Positions 48,072 to 58,302 of a stretch of DNA of 64,000 bases are shown piece after piece. Position numbers and translations under genes: made by a program. This DNA is from Candidatus Gottesmanbacteria bacterium RIFCSPHIGHO2_02_FULL_39_11 (GTDB taxonomy: Bacteria > Patescibacteriota > Microgenomatia > 2-02-FULL-39-11). The notes under the pieces were generated by a model. The model searched no databases. It was not told the DNA's origin and saw only the letters and a list, made by a program, of their open reading frames with translations. Location: NCBI GenBank assembly GCA_001779195.1, contig MFJL01000041.1, positions 16,881 through 80,880 on the forward strand, in the 5' to 3' direction. Each line of letters opens with the position of its first letter. Within the stretch, counting starts at the first letter, position 1.

Positions 48072-49529
48072 ATGGAAAAGGTGGACGTTTCAGAAATCAA
48101 AAGAAAGATATTAAGCGGAGTTTTTGCCCTCACCTCACGAACCCTTATTCTTCAAGTTGTCTCCGTTATATCCCAGACTCTCCTTACAGTCATCCTGACT
48201 CCTGCTGTTTTTGGAACGTATTATATTGCTACAGCATTTACTGACTTTTTTAACTATTTCGCAGACATCGGCCTTGCCGCAGCCCTTATTCAAAAAAAGG
48301 ATGAACCGACTTTAAAAGACCTCAGAACTGTTTTTACCGTTCAGCAGATGCTGATTACCGTTTTGGTTGTTTTAGGTCTTATTTTTTCAGATACAGTAGG
48401 AAATTTTTATCATTTGGATGCGGGAGGAATATTTTTAGTGAGAGCTCTTTTAATCTCATTTTTTCTTTCATCACTTAAAACCATTCCCTCAATTCTTCTG
48501 GAAAGAAGGCTTAATTTTAATCTACTTGTGGTTCCTCAACTTTTTGAAAGTATTGTGTTTAATATTTTAGTTATCCTGTTTGCCCTAAACGGAATGGGAG
48601 TATACAGTTTTGCGTGGGCCGCAATTGCCCGGGGAATTGTCGGAGTTGTTACCATATATATAATCAGTCCCTGGAGTATCGGGTTTGATTTGTCAATAAA
48701 AGAATTAAAAAAGCTTCTTTCATACGGAGTTCCGATTCAAGCAAATTCATTTTTGGCCCTTATTAAAGATAATTTGATGACATTATTCTTAGGAAGGGTA
48801 TTAAATCTCACTCAAGTGGGATACATCGGCTGGGCAAAAAAAACGTCAGAACTCGTTCTGAGGCTCTTTATGGACAATGTTATACGGGTCACCTTCCCGG
48901 CATATTCGCGCCTTCAAGAGCACCTGGAAATTCTGGCAAAAGCAGTTGAGAGGTCATTTTTTTTCCTTGCATTTTTTATTTTTCCTACATCGGCAGCCCT
49001 CATCCTCTTTATGCATCCTCTTATGGAAATTGTTCCCCGGTATTCCAAATGGGAGCCGGCGCTTTTATCCTTTTATCTTTTCAGCTTCGCGAGCCTTTGG
49101 GCAGCATTTTCAACAGCCGCTATTAATGCCCTTAATGCAATCGGAAAAATAAAATGGACACTTATACTTATGGTGTTATGGACGGCAATTACCTGGATAG
49201 GAATTCCAATACTTATTCATCTGGTTGGGTTTAACGGTGCTGCCATAACTGCTGCAATTATTGCAGCAACAGGGATACTTCCCATAATTCTTCTTAAAAG
49301 GAAAATTAATTATGATGCGCTTGGTCCCCTTCTAAAACCGTTAACTGCTACTTTTCTTATGATAGTTCTTATTTCGTTCTTTTTATCCCAGATTCATTCA
49401 GTTATATCATTTGGAACTTTGCTTGTAGTGTTTATTTTAGGGTATGCTTTAATTAGCTTTATCTGGATGAAGAGTGATATTAAACCCTATGTACTTCCTA
49501 TACTAAATAAAATAATTAAAAATAAATAA
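48072..49529 (+). CDS. Oligosaccharide flippase (Wzx/PST family)
   Basis: DIGLAAALIQKK, LERRLNF, VTFPAYSRLQ; about 12-14 TM. Confidence 0.88.
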   Translation: MEKVDVSEIKRKILSGVFALTSRTLILQVVSVISQTLLTVILTPAVFGTYYIATAFTDFFNYFADIGLAAALIQKKDEPTLKDLRTVFTVQQMLITVLVVLGLIFSDTVGNFYHLDAGGIFLVRALLISFFLSSLKTIPSILLERRLNFNLLVVPQLFESIVFNILVILFALNGMGVYSFAWAAIARGIVGVVTIYIISPWSIGFDLSIKELKKLLSYGVPIQANSFLALIKDNLMTLFLGRVLNLTQVGYIGWAKKTSELVLRLFMDNVIRVTFPAYSRLQEHLEILAKAVERSFFFLAFFIFPTSAALILFMHPLMEIVPRYSKWEPALLSFYLFSFASLWAAFSTAAINALNAIGKIKWTLILMVLWTAITWIGIPILIHLVGFNGAAITAAIIAATGILPIILLKRKINYDALGPLLKPLTATFLMIVLISFFLSQIHSVISFGTLLVVFILGYALISFIWMKSDIKPYVLPILNKIIKNK

Positions 49530-49533
49530 TTTT

Positions 49534-50433
49534 ATGATCTCAGCGGTTATAAACACATACAACGAAGAGAAAAATATCAAAAAATGCCTTTCTTCCTTAT
49601 TGTGGGCGGATGAGATTATTGTTGTTGACATGGGATCAACTGATAAAACAAGGGAAATTGCAGAAGAGTTCGGAGCAAAGGTTTACGAACATAACTATGT
49701 AGGATTTGTAGAGCCTGCACGGAATTTCGGTATTGAAAAAGCTCACGGAGAATGGGTATTTATTTTAGACGCCGATGAAAGAGTTTCTCAAATTCTTTCT
49801 AAACTCCTTTTGGAAAAAAGCAGGCAAAAAGATATAAATTATTTTCGGGTGGCGAGGAAAAACATCATTTTTGACAAGTGGATAAAACATGCCGGTTGGT
49901 GGCCGGACTATCAAATCAGGTTTTTCAGAAAAGGAAGTGTGAGTTGGGTTGAGAAAATTCACGGTATTCCCTTTACGGTAGGAAACGGATTTGATATGGA
50001 GGCAAGTGAAGATCTCTCCATTATTCATAATAATTATCAAAGCATCACTCAGTATCTTACCCGGATGGATAGATACACTTCCATAATGGCAAAAGAATTG
50101 TCAGATTCCGGTTATTACTTCTCAGTATCAGATGTTTTCGGCAAACCCGTTTCCGAATTTTTAAACCGCTTTTTTGCCCAGGAGGGATACAAAGATGGGC
50201 TTCACGGGCTCTCTCTTTCTCTTTTGCAAGCTTTCTCAGAGCTTATTGTTTATCTTAAAGTCTGGGAAAGTATCGGATTTAAGCCGCATACATTTTCAAT
50301 TGATGATTTAGGCAGAAAAGGCAGGTCAATTGCTGAAAGCATGAATTACTGGCTCATTAATGAACAGCTCAAAAAAGATCCCTCATATCCCCGTAAATTT
50401 ATCATAAAACTTAAAAATAAACTTAGAATATGA
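49534..50433 (+). CDS. GT2 glycosyltransferase (beta-1,4-glucosyltransferase-like)
   Basis: NEEKNI, LDADE, WWPDYQIRFF. Confidence 0.88.
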   Translation: MISAVINTYNEEKNIKKCLSSLLWADEIIVVDMGSTDKTREIAEEFGAKVYEHNYVGFVEPARNFGIEKAHGEWVFILDADERVSQILSKLLLEKSRQKDINYFRVARKNIIFDKWIKHAGWWPDYQIRFFRKGSVSWVEKIHGIPFTVGNGFDMEASEDLSIIHNNYQSITQYLTRMDRYTSIMAKELSDSGYYFSVSDVFGKPVSEFLNRFFAQEGYKDGLHGLSLSLLQAFSELIVYLKVWESIGFKPHTFSIDDLGRKGRSIAESMNYWLINEQLKKDPSYPRKFIIKLKNKLRI

Positions 50434-51335
50434 ACAGAATTGCACTTATCATTCCTCATTACGCCAATGTGTCAGACACGTATGAGTGTCTGGAATCGCT
50501 TAAAAAGCAAAGTATATATTCTCAATTTAAAATATATCTGACTTTTATATCGGAAGAAGAATTTGAAAGTGATAATTTTATAAAACAGAATCCTCATGTA
50601 GTTCCCGTAAAGCTTTCCTCAAATTTAGGATTTGCCGGCTCCTGTAATGTTGGCCTTAAAAAAGCTCTTGAGGGAAACTCGGATATTTTTATTACGTTAA
50701 ACAACGATATTATTCTTGATAAATACTGTATTGACAGTCTTGTCATGCATGCCGCTTCACTTTCAAACGGAGCGATAATATCTCCCAAAATTTATTTTTA
50801 TACAGGCCAGGAATATCATAAGGACAGGTACCAAGAGAAAGATTTGGGAAAGGTGATTTGGTATGCAGGAGGAAAACTGGATGTTAAAAACGTATACGCA
50901 TCCCACCGCGGAGTTGATGAGCCTGATTGCGGCCAATTTGATATTCCCGAGGAAACTGATTTTGCAACCGGCTGCTGTATGGTAATTACAAAAAAAGTCA
51001 TCGAAACGGTGGGTTTTTTTGATGAGAAATATTTTTTATATTACGAAGATGTAGATTACTCTATGCGCTGTAAAGATAGAGATTTAGGAGTGCTATACTA
51101 TCCTAAAGCACGTCTCTGGCACAAAAACGCAAGCGCAAGCGGAAAGCCGGGGTCGGCACTTCATGAATATTACCTTACCCGAAACCGGCTTTATTTTGGA
51201 AACAAATATGCTCCCACACGGACAAAACTGGCATTATTCCGGGAAAGCGTTCAGATGCTCGCGAGTGCTGGTGTAAAAGCAAAGGCTGTGAAAGATTATT
51301 ACTTCGGATATATGGGGAAAAGGGAAATCATATGA
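50430..51335 (+). CDS. GT2 glycosyltransferase (rhamnosyltransferase-like)
   Basis: NLGFAG, LNND, TGCCM, FDEKYFLYYEDVD. Confidence 0.88.
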   Translation: MNRIALIIPHYANVSDTYECLESLKKQSIYSQFKIYLTFISEEEFESDNFIKQNPHVVPVKLSSNLGFAGSCNVGLKKALEGNSDIFITLNNDIILDKYCIDSLVMHAASLSNGAIISPKIYFYTGQEYHKDRYQEKDLGKVIWYAGGKLDVKNVYASHRGVDEPDCGQFDIPEETDFATGCCMVITKKVIETVGFFDEKYFLYYEDVDYSMRCKDRDLGVLYYPKARLWHKNASASGKPGSALHEYYLTRNRLYFGNKYAPTRTKLALFRESVQMLASAGVKAKAVKDYYFGYMGKREII

Positions 51336-52111
51336 AAAAAAATCTAAGCGCAGTTATTATTACGAGAAATGATAGCGATGATTTAGAAGACTGCATAAAA
51401 GAGTTATCCTTCGCCGATGAAATAATTGTTATTGACAATAACTCAACCGATGATACGGCAAAAATAGCCAAATCGTTAAAAGCTATGGTTTACAATGTTG
51501 GAGGACTTGATTTTTCGTATTTGCGAAATATCGGAAAAGAAAAATCGGAAGGGGAGTGGATTTTATATATTGATACGGATGAAAGGATCACAAAAGAGCT
51601 GAAAAATGAAATTGTATCATTCCTTAAAAAACCTGGCGATTATATGGCAGGGCTTTTTATCAGGAAAAATTTCTTTTTCGGAAGTCCCTGGAATCATTCG
51701 GACCGGATGACCAGACTCATGAAAAAAGAAGCCCTTATCGGATGGCACGGGCAGCTTCATGAAACTCCTCATGTAAGGGGCAATGTCTATACATTTAAAA
51801 ATCCGCTCTTACACTATACTCATGATAATTTAACCCAAATGGTTAGTAAGACAAATGAGTGGTCTGAAATTGAAGCACAACTTAGGTATCAGAATAATCA
51901 TCCTCATATCGTCGGGTGGCGCTTAATACGAGTTATGATTACGGCATTCTTTCAATCCTATATTCGGGAGGGAGGATGGAAGTGCAAAACGGTGGGGGTG
52001 GTAGAAAGTATTTATCAATCTTTTAGTATGTTTATTACTTATGCAAAATTATGGGAAAAACAAAATCGCGCGCTGATTGAAGAAAAAGACTATGATAAGC
52101 CGAACTCCTAA
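51332..52111 (+). CDS. GT2 glycosyltransferase
   Basis: DNNSTD, IDTDE, LHETP, LLHYTH. Confidence 0.85.
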   Translation: MKKNLSAVIITRNDSDDLEDCIKELSFADEIIVIDNNSTDDTAKIAKSLKAMVYNVGGLDFSYLRNIGKEKSEGEWILYIDTDERITKELKNEIVSFLKKPGDYMAGLFIRKNFFFGSPWNHSDRMTRLMKKEALIGWHGQLHETPHVRGNVYTFKNPLLHYTHDNLTQMVSKTNEWSEIEAQLRYQNNHPHIVGWRLIRVMITAFFQSYIREGGWKCKTVGVVESIYQSFSMFITYAKLWEKQNRALIEEKDYDKPNS

Positions 52112-53177
52112 ACCTCTTAAAATCGGCATGTACAGTCCCTATCTTTCTATTTTAGGAGGTGGGGAACGTTACTTTCTCTCAATTGCTGAAATTTTATCCC
52201 AAAAAGAGAACGTCACCATTTTTTTTGATAAAAGTATTTCCCCGAAAGTTAAAGACACCCTCGGAATTAATCTGGACAAAGTATCTTTTGAATCAGAGAA
52301 AAAAATTTCTTCATCTTCTGCGATATCAAAATTTAAGCTTCTGTTAAAAATGGACGCATTTTTCTACATGACGGATGGGAGCGTTTTTTTGCCCGGTGCC
52401 AAACGGAATTTTCTTATTATCCAGTCTCCTGGTCATATGCCGGGGATTACCATTTCCCAAACGATTAAAACAGCCGGATGGAAAGTGTTGTGCTACTCGC
52501 AATTTATGAAAAGTATTCTTGAGAATCGTCTTAAAAAACCGGCAACCATACTCTCTCCGGGAATTGATACTCTGGTGTATCACACGACTACGAAAACGAA
52601 ACAGCCGATTATTCTCACAGTCGGCAGATTTTTTTCCTACCCCCATGACAAAAAACAAAAAATACTCATAGAAACTTTTAAAGAACACTCTCTTACTCTT
52701 TTTAAAGGATGGAGACTTATAGTTGCCGGAGGACTTACGGAAAAAAGCGGTGAGAAGGTTTTGGAAGATCTACAAGAATGTGCCTCCGGGTATCCCATCG
52801 ATTTTAAAGTAAATGTATCTTTTCTGGAGCTAATCAAAATTTATAAAAAGTCAACCATTTATTGGCATGCAGCCGGGTACGGAGAGGATCTGTACAGCCA
52901 TCCGGAGAGGGCAGAGCATTTTGGAATTACAACGCTTGAGGCGATGGCGGCAGGATGTGTGCCGGTTGTATATGACGGGGGTGGACAGAGGGATATCGTA
53001 GAAAATGGGGTAAACGGGTATCTCTGGCGAGAACCTCTTGATCTTGTCAAACACACGATGCATATTTTAGACCATGAGGAAACGTATCTAAGTCTTGTGG
53101 GAAACGCGTTTAAAAAAGCAGAAGAATATTCACAGCCGAATTTTTATGAAAAAGTTGTCAAGCTTCTTCACAGATAG
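52092..53177 (+). CDS. GT4 glycosyltransferase
   Basis: GGGERY, VGRFF, EHFGITTLEAMAAG. Confidence 0.88.
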   Translation: MISRTPKPLKIGMYSPYLSILGGGERYFLSIAEILSQKENVTIFFDKSISPKVKDTLGINLDKVSFESEKKISSSSAISKFKLLLKMDAFFYMTDGSVFLPGAKRNFLIIQSPGHMPGITISQTIKTAGWKVLCYSQFMKSILENRLKKPATILSPGIDTLVYHTTTKTKQPIILTVGRFFSYPHDKKQKILIETFKEHSLTLFKGWRLIVAGGLTEKSGEKVLEDLQECASGYPIDFKVNVSFLELIKIYKKSTIYWHAAGYGEDLYSHPERAEHFGITTLEAMAAGCVPVVYDGGGQRDIVENGVNGYLWREPLDLVKHTMHILDHEETYLSLVGNAFKKAEEYSQPNFYEKVVKLLHR

Positions 53178-55389
53178 AAAGATATTTTTGTTTTTGGTGG
53201 GTTTAGGAGGAATATTTTTTTATCCATTTTTTATTTTCGGAAAAATTCCCATTCCCTCAGATGCCTTGGTGGGATTATATTATCCCTTCCGGGATACTCT
53301 AAATACCCGGTACCCGAACGGTTATCCGTATAAAAATCCGCTAATTACTGATCCTGTCCGTCAACAATATGTCTGGAGGGAGCTCTCAGTTGATGCGTTT
53401 AGAAAGGGGAAACTTCCCCTGTGGAATCCCTATTCATTCGCAGGTACTCCGCTTCTTGCCAATTTTCAGTCTGCTTCTTTTTATCCCTTAAATATATTAT
53501 TTTTTATTTTTTCATTTCCTTTTGCCTGGGGAATTCTAGTTTCCCTTCAGCCAACCCTCTCATTGATTTTTATGTATTTTTATCTTCGGGAGTTAAAAAT
53601 TACAAAAGCAGCATCCGTTGTCGGGAGTCTGGCTTTTTCATTTTCAGGCTTTTCCATTTCATGGCTTACGTGGAACACCGTGGGCCATACCGTTCTTTGG
53701 CTTCCCCTTATACTTCTCTCTGGTGAAAAAATTATTAAAAACACTTCCCTGAAATGGTCTCTTGTTCTTCTTTTTTCTCTGTGCTCATCTTTTTTTGCCG
53801 GTCATCTGCAGACGTTTTTCTATATAGGAGTTTTTTCACTGATTTACTTTGTTGCTAAATTAATTAATGGTATTCGTCATCCTGGATTTATTTACCCGGA
53901 AAATCCTTATGACGTACGGAAAAAATTAATAGTCTTTTTTATTTTTGTAATTCTTTTCACTGCCATCACCTCCGTCCAATGGATTCCGACTCTTGGTTTT
54001 ATTTCACAAAGTGCCAGAAATGCAGATCAGGCTAACTGGCAGAAGGAAGGATGGTTTGTGCCTCCTCAAAATCTGTTGCAGTTTTTTGCTCCTGATTTTT
54101 TCGGAAACCCAGCAACCGGTAATTATTACGGAGTCTGGAATTACGGTGAATTTATCGGATATATAGGAATGATTCCACTATTCTTTGCCCTGTATGCTGC
54201 TCTGAAATTAAAAGATAAAAAATCTATTTTCTTTGTATCCATTATTATGGTATCCATTGTTTTAATCACCGATAATCCTGTTTCTGAAATTCCTTACCGG
54301 TTAAATATCCCATATATTGGGACAAGTCAGCCCACACGGCTTATGTCTCTTATTGATTTTTCCCTCGCTGTTCTTGCCTCTTTAGGAGTAGACCAGCTCA
54401 GGAGCAACACAAAGCAGAAAAGATCTGTCTTATTCTCAATTGCAATAATACTAATGCTATTAGGAATTTGGACATTTTCCAGAAATCCGGTTGCCCGGAA
54501 TAATTTATATCTCTCCATTTTCCTGGGGCTTATTATCATTCTTACCACACAGGCATATCGTATACGGCCCTCCAAAATAGTATTGCCCGTATATTTACTG
54601 GTTACCGTTTTTGATCTTTTTCGTTTTGGGTGGAAGTTTACACCATTCACAAGTACCGATCTTTTGTATCCTCAAAGTTCCCTATTAAGTTATTTAGAGG
54701 ATAACTCACACAATTACCGGGTTATGGCAAATGACAGAAGGATTTTGCCTCCCAATGTATCCTCCCATTACAAAATTCAGGATGTTTCAGGATATGATCC
54801 TCTGTATTTACTCTCATACAATAAGTTTGTTTCTTCCTGGAACAGCAACAGCCTGAATTTGAAGCCAAGCGCATTTAACCGGATCGTAACTCCTCAAAAT
54901 TACGAGTCGCCCGTAAGCGATCTTTTAGGCATTAAATATCTTCTCAGTCTTACACCGGTTCAGTCTTTAAAATGGGAGTATGTTATGAGGGACGGGGAGA
55001 CATATCTTTATCAAAATAAAGATGTATTGCCCCGGGCGTATTTGGCACAAACCGTTTTCCAAAAAGAGACGGATCAGGATGTAATGAGAGAAGTTTTAAA
55101 TAATAAAAATTCAGATTCTGCTTTCTCAACCGAAAATATTACACTCGGGTCAAAATCTCTTACACCCAGTGAGTCAGCAGTAATTGAAAATTATGAAGAA
55201 AACGATATTCGTATTAAAGTTATATCAGGTGATACGCGAATGTTGGTATTAACTGATCCCTACTACAAAACGTGGAAAGCTTTCGTAGATGAAAAAGAAA
55301 CACAAATATTCAAAGTAAACTTTTTATTCAGAGGCGTTGTAATTCCATCAGGTGAACATATAATAGAATTTAAAAATTATTTGTTCTAG
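53146..55389 (+). CDS. YfhO-family membrane glycosyltransferase
   Basis: PLWNPYSFAGTPLLAN, AGHLQ, GYDP, LPRAY, FRGVVIPSGEH. Confidence 0.85.
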   Translation: MKKLSSFFTDRKIFLFLVGLGGIFFYPFFIFGKIPIPSDALVGLYYPFRDTLNTRYPNGYPYKNPLITDPVRQQYVWRELSVDAFRKGKLPLWNPYSFAGTPLLANFQSASFYPLNILFFIFSFPFAWGILVSLQPTLSLIFMYFYLRELKITKAASVVGSLAFSFSGFSISWLTWNTVGHTVLWLPLILLSGEKIIKNTSLKWSLVLLFSLCSSFFAGHLQTFFYIGVFSLIYFVAKLINGIRHPGFIYPENPYDVRKKLIVFFIFVILFTAITSVQWIPTLGFISQSARNADQANWQKEGWFVPPQNLLQFFAPDFFGNPATGNYYGVWNYGEFIGYIGMIPLFFALYAALKLKDKKSIFFVSIIMVSIVLITDNPVSEIPYRLNIPYIGTSQPTRLMSLIDFSLAVLASLGVDQLRSNTKQKRSVLFSIAIILMLLGIWTFSRNPVARNNLYLSIFLGLIIILTTQAYRIRPSKIVLPVYLLVTVFDLFRFGWKFTPFTSTDLLYPQSSLLSYLEDNSHNYRVMANDRRILPPNVSSHYKIQDVSGYDPLYLLSYNKFVSSWNSNSLNLKPSAFNRIVTPQNYESPVSDLLGIKYLLSLTPVQSLKWEYVMRDGETYLYQNKDVLPRAYLAQTVFQKETDQDVMREVLNNKNSDSAFSTENITLGSKSLTPSESAVIENYEENDIRIKVISGDTRMLVLTDPYYKTWKAFVDEKETQIFKVNFLFRGVVIPSGEHIIEFKNYLF

Positions 55390-55423
55390 TTTTTTTGTTA
55401 TCTGTCAAATATTATTTGTTCAT

Positions 55424-56440
55424 ATGGATCTAAGTATCATTATCCCCAACTTTAACGGAAAAAAACTTTTAGAAAATAATCTTCCGAAAGTTTTAGAAGC
55501 AGGAAAAGATTGTGAAATAATTATTGTTGATGATGCATCAACAGATGGAAGCGTAGAATTTCTCAAAAAAGAATTTCCTCAAATAAAAGTTTTACAAACA
55601 TCTTATCATCCTGAACTTGTTTACTCGGAAAATTCGTTAGAATTGTTCCGAGATTCAGGATCTTCTTCAAACAAGGGCTTTTCTGCCTCCGTTAATCTTG
55701 GCGTTAGCCATGCCAAGTCTGACTTTGTTTTTCTCCTAAACAGTGACTGCTATCCTGAAAAAGGGAGTATTGAGAAAGTGATAAAGTTATTTGAAGATCG
55801 CAATTTATTTGCTGTGGGATTTGCACAGAAAAATTTAGAAGATGGAAAAACAGTCATTCGGGGAAGGGCCTTAGGGAAATTTGAAAAAGGATTTTTTGTT
55901 CATTCATACGGAAGTCCTGATAAAACAACCACTCAATGGGTGGGAGGTGGGGCGGGAGTTTTCAAAAAATCACTATGGGATCGTTTAGGAGGAATGGATG
56001 AAATTTATAATCCTTTTTATTGGGAGGATATAGATCTCTCATACCGTGCGTTAAAATCAGGGTATTCCATCCGGTTTGTTCCGGATGCATATGTTGTCCA
56101 CGAGCAAAGTAAAGGAACCATACGCAGCCATTATTCAGATTCCTATATTAAGTCCATTTCTTATAGAAATCAGATCTTATTTGTGTGGCTGAATATATCA
56201 GATCCCTACCTTTTATTAAGTCATTTCTTTTATTATCCCTATGAAGTCATTAAATCCTGGGTTAGGTTAGTGTGGTATGTCGTAAGTCGTAGGAAGAACA
56301 AAATCAGATCTTCTTCAGATCTTTCTTTTATAAAAGCTGATATCGCCTCAGAACTGAAATTCTTTTTGGCACTCGGAAAAAGATTTCAAAGAAAAAAAAT
56401 GTGGAAGAAAAAAGATAAAGAATGTTTTGTGAAGAACTAG
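55424..56440 (+). CDS. GT2 glycosyltransferase carrying an in-frame palindrome insertion
   Basis: PNFNG, DDASTDGS, LLNSD, YWEDIDL; extra YHPELVYSENSLELFRDSGS segment. Confidence 0.88.
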   Translation: MDLSIIIPNFNGKKLLENNLPKVLEAGKDCEIIIVDDASTDGSVEFLKKEFPQIKVLQTSYHPELVYSENSLELFRDSGSSSNKGFSASVNLGVSHAKSDFVFLLNSDCYPEKGSIEKVIKLFEDRNLFAVGFAQKNLEDGKTVIRGRALGKFEKGFFVHSYGSPDKTTTQWVGGGAGVFKKSLWDRLGGMDEIYNPFYWEDIDLSYRALKSGYSIRFVPDAYVVHEQSKGTIRSHYSDSYIKSISYRNQILFVWLNISDPYLLLSHFFYYPYEVIKSWVRLVWYVVSRRKNKIRSSSDLSFIKADIASELKFFLALGKRFQRKKMWKKKDKECFVKN

Positions 56441-56523
56441 AAGTCATCCCAAAACCTCTTTTGCGAACTCGAGCGGGATTGCTTCGCTACGCTCGCAATG
56501 GCGGGTATTGAGATGAGTTCTAG
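56437..56523. mobile_element. MITE-like element with terminal inverted repeats and an internal REP-like palindrome
   Basis: CTAGAAGTCATCCCAAAAC ... GTATTGAGATGAGTTCTAG; internal GGGATTGCTTCGCTACGCTCGCAATG. Confidence 0.6.
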
Positions 56524-56663
56524 ATCAAATTTATTATCTAAGGAATTTGTACACAACTCAGAGGGGATATCAGAAATAGTATATCCATAGCTGTGGTCAT
56601 TTTCTACGCGAACTTATACCTCTGGAATAAAATTCCACTCTGTCATACTGTTATATCAGTGTT

Positions 56664-56763
56664 GTTCCCGCGCAGGCCTGCCTGCGCAGACAGGCGGGAA
56701 TCCATCGTTAAATTTTGTTACCCTATTTTATTTTTGTCATCCTGAGGTCTCCCGAAGGATCCC
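56664..56763. repeat. Two REP-like palindromes, the first containing a nested palindrome
   Basis: TTCCCGCGCAGG[CCTGCCTGCGCAGACAGG]CGGGAATCCA; TGTCATCCTGAGGTCTCCCGAAGGATCCC. Confidence 0.75.
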
Positions 56764-56846
56764 GTCCGATACCAGAAGCCTTTAAAAGAAATAGTTAGGA
56801 AATATAAAATCTCTTGTATACACTAAATATCTGATATACTCAAATT

Positions 56847-57284
56847 ATGACTCAGCTTTTCACCACCGGTTATCAAGGGGAAACCATACATGAATTTATT
56901 CAAAAAATCACTACAAAAAATATAGAAGCAATTATTGATATCAGAGAAAATCCCACAAGCAGAAAACCAGGGTTTAGTAAAAACGCGCTTCAGAGACGAC
57001 TTGATTCTGTTGGTATAGATTACTATCATTTTCAGGAATTAGGAACCCCAAAACCCCTTCGTAATCTTTTAGCACATAGTCAAAACTATAATCAGTTTTT
57101 TGAAGAATATAAACAATTTTTACCGGAGTTTCAGGATGCTCTTGATGATATTATCGAGATAGGCAGTAATAAAAGAATTTGTCTATTGTGTTTTGAAAAA
57201 GATCCACATTATTGTCATCGAAAAATTGTCGCGAATCTTATCTCTTTCTACACCGGCAGAGATATTTCAGTCGTTCATATATAA
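56847..57284 (+). CDS. DUF488 family protein
   Basis: TTGYQG, DIRENPTSRKPGFSK, LLCFEKDPHYCHR. Confidence 0.9.
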   Translation: MTQLFTTGYQGETIHEFIQKITTKNIEAIIDIRENPTSRKPGFSKNALQRRLDSVGIDYYHFQELGTPKPLRNLLAHSQNYNQFFEEYKQFLPEFQDALDDIIEIGSNKRICLLCFEKDPHYCHRKIVANLISFYTGRDISVVHI

Positions 57285-57291
57285 TGTCTCC

Positions 57292-58083
57292 ATGGAATGG
57301 AGAGACGAAGAAATATTAATGCTTGTAAAAGTCTATCCCACACCAAGTAAGAAATATGGTGAAACCGTTTGTTCAGCAGGCATAACCCGTCATGGAAAAT
57401 GGATAAGAGTTTATCCTGTTCCATATCGTGATCTTCCTCCCAGTCAACAGTTTGTTAAATTTCAATGGATTAGGGCTAGGATTACACAAGCTAAAGAAAA
57501 ACTTAGCAGACCGGAAAGTCACAAAATAGATCTTAATAGTATAAAGTTATTAGAAAAAATTCCGGCAGGTGATAAATGGGGTGAGAGAGAAAACTATTTC
57601 TTACCTTATGTCAGTAAATCTTTAGAGGTACTTTTTGAAAATCAAAAAATCCACAACGTATCTCTTGGCGCATTTAAACCTAAGAAAGTAAAAGATTTTA
57701 TTATCGAACCCTCTGAAGATGAATGGGACTTAGGTCAAAAGGGAATACTCAGCCAAACAAGTCTCTTTAACGACAGACGTGCGACTTTAGAAAAAACACC
57801 TTACCGTTTTAGATATAAATTTACCTGTAATGACGATCGCTGTGTGGGACATAACATGATAATTCTTGACTGGGAAGTCTTTGAAAGCTACCGGAGATGG
57901 AAAAGAATTTATAAGGATGGGAAATTGACATTGGAAAAACTTAAGGAAAAATGGTTGACCTACTTTTTTCAAAAAAGAGAATCTTATTTTGTTGTCGGTA
58001 CCGAATCTGAGTTCGGAAAATTCATGATTCTTTCCATAATCAGTCCAAAACGCAAAGAGTCACAACTCAGATTTGGTTTTTAG
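57292..58083 (+). CDS. Hypothetical protein coupled to DUF488
   Basis: YPTPSKKYGETVCSAGI..WIRVYPVPYR, RPES, C....C..H; ATG 7 nt after the DUF488 stop. Confidence 0.7.
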   Translation: MEWRDEEILMLVKVYPTPSKKYGETVCSAGITRHGKWIRVYPVPYRDLPPSQQFVKFQWIRARITQAKEKLSRPESHKIDLNSIKLLEKIPAGDKWGERENYFLPYVSKSLEVLFENQKIHNVSLGAFKPKKVKDFIIEPSEDEWDLGQKGILSQTSLFNDRRATLEKTPYRFRYKFTCNDDRCVGHNMIILDWEVFESYRRWKRIYKDGKLTLEKLKEKWLTYFFQKRESYFVVGTESEFGKFMILSIISPKRKESQLRFGF

Positions 58084-58105
58084 TAGGGTAAACAACGACA
58101 TAATA

Positions 58106-58147
58106 GTATCTGAATTTCTTGTGGATAAGTACTATAATCCACGTATA
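58106..58147 (+). promoter_or_regulatory. 42-bp promoter-like repeat, copy 1 (TATAAT and a DnaA-box match)
   Basis: 38/42 identical to 59607-59648; contains TGTGGATAA. Confidence 0.55.
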
Positions 58148-58165
58148 AGGTTTTTTTATTTATGG

Positions 58166-58255
58166 ATGAAAGAGTTGATGAGTGAATTTACAAGTTTAGC
58201 TGAAGAGGCGCGCAAACTAGAAAAGAAAATAGTTGAGGGTTGGAAAAGTATTTAA
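58166..58255 (+). pseudogene. 3' relic of an hsdM gene
   Basis: MKELMSEFTSLAEEARKLEKKIVEGWKSI matches the HsdM C-terminus MKELTEEFRTLTKEAHELEKKIEEDWEKII. Confidence 0.75.
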
Positions 58256-58302
58256 TCATGGCAAATTCGCCATAATTAAATATTAATATCTTAGCTAAAA
58301 AT

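Noticed and set aside
58073-58255. 60-aa ORF as a real gene
   Set aside because: The 5' half is the promoter-like repeat and the 3' half is an hsdM relic
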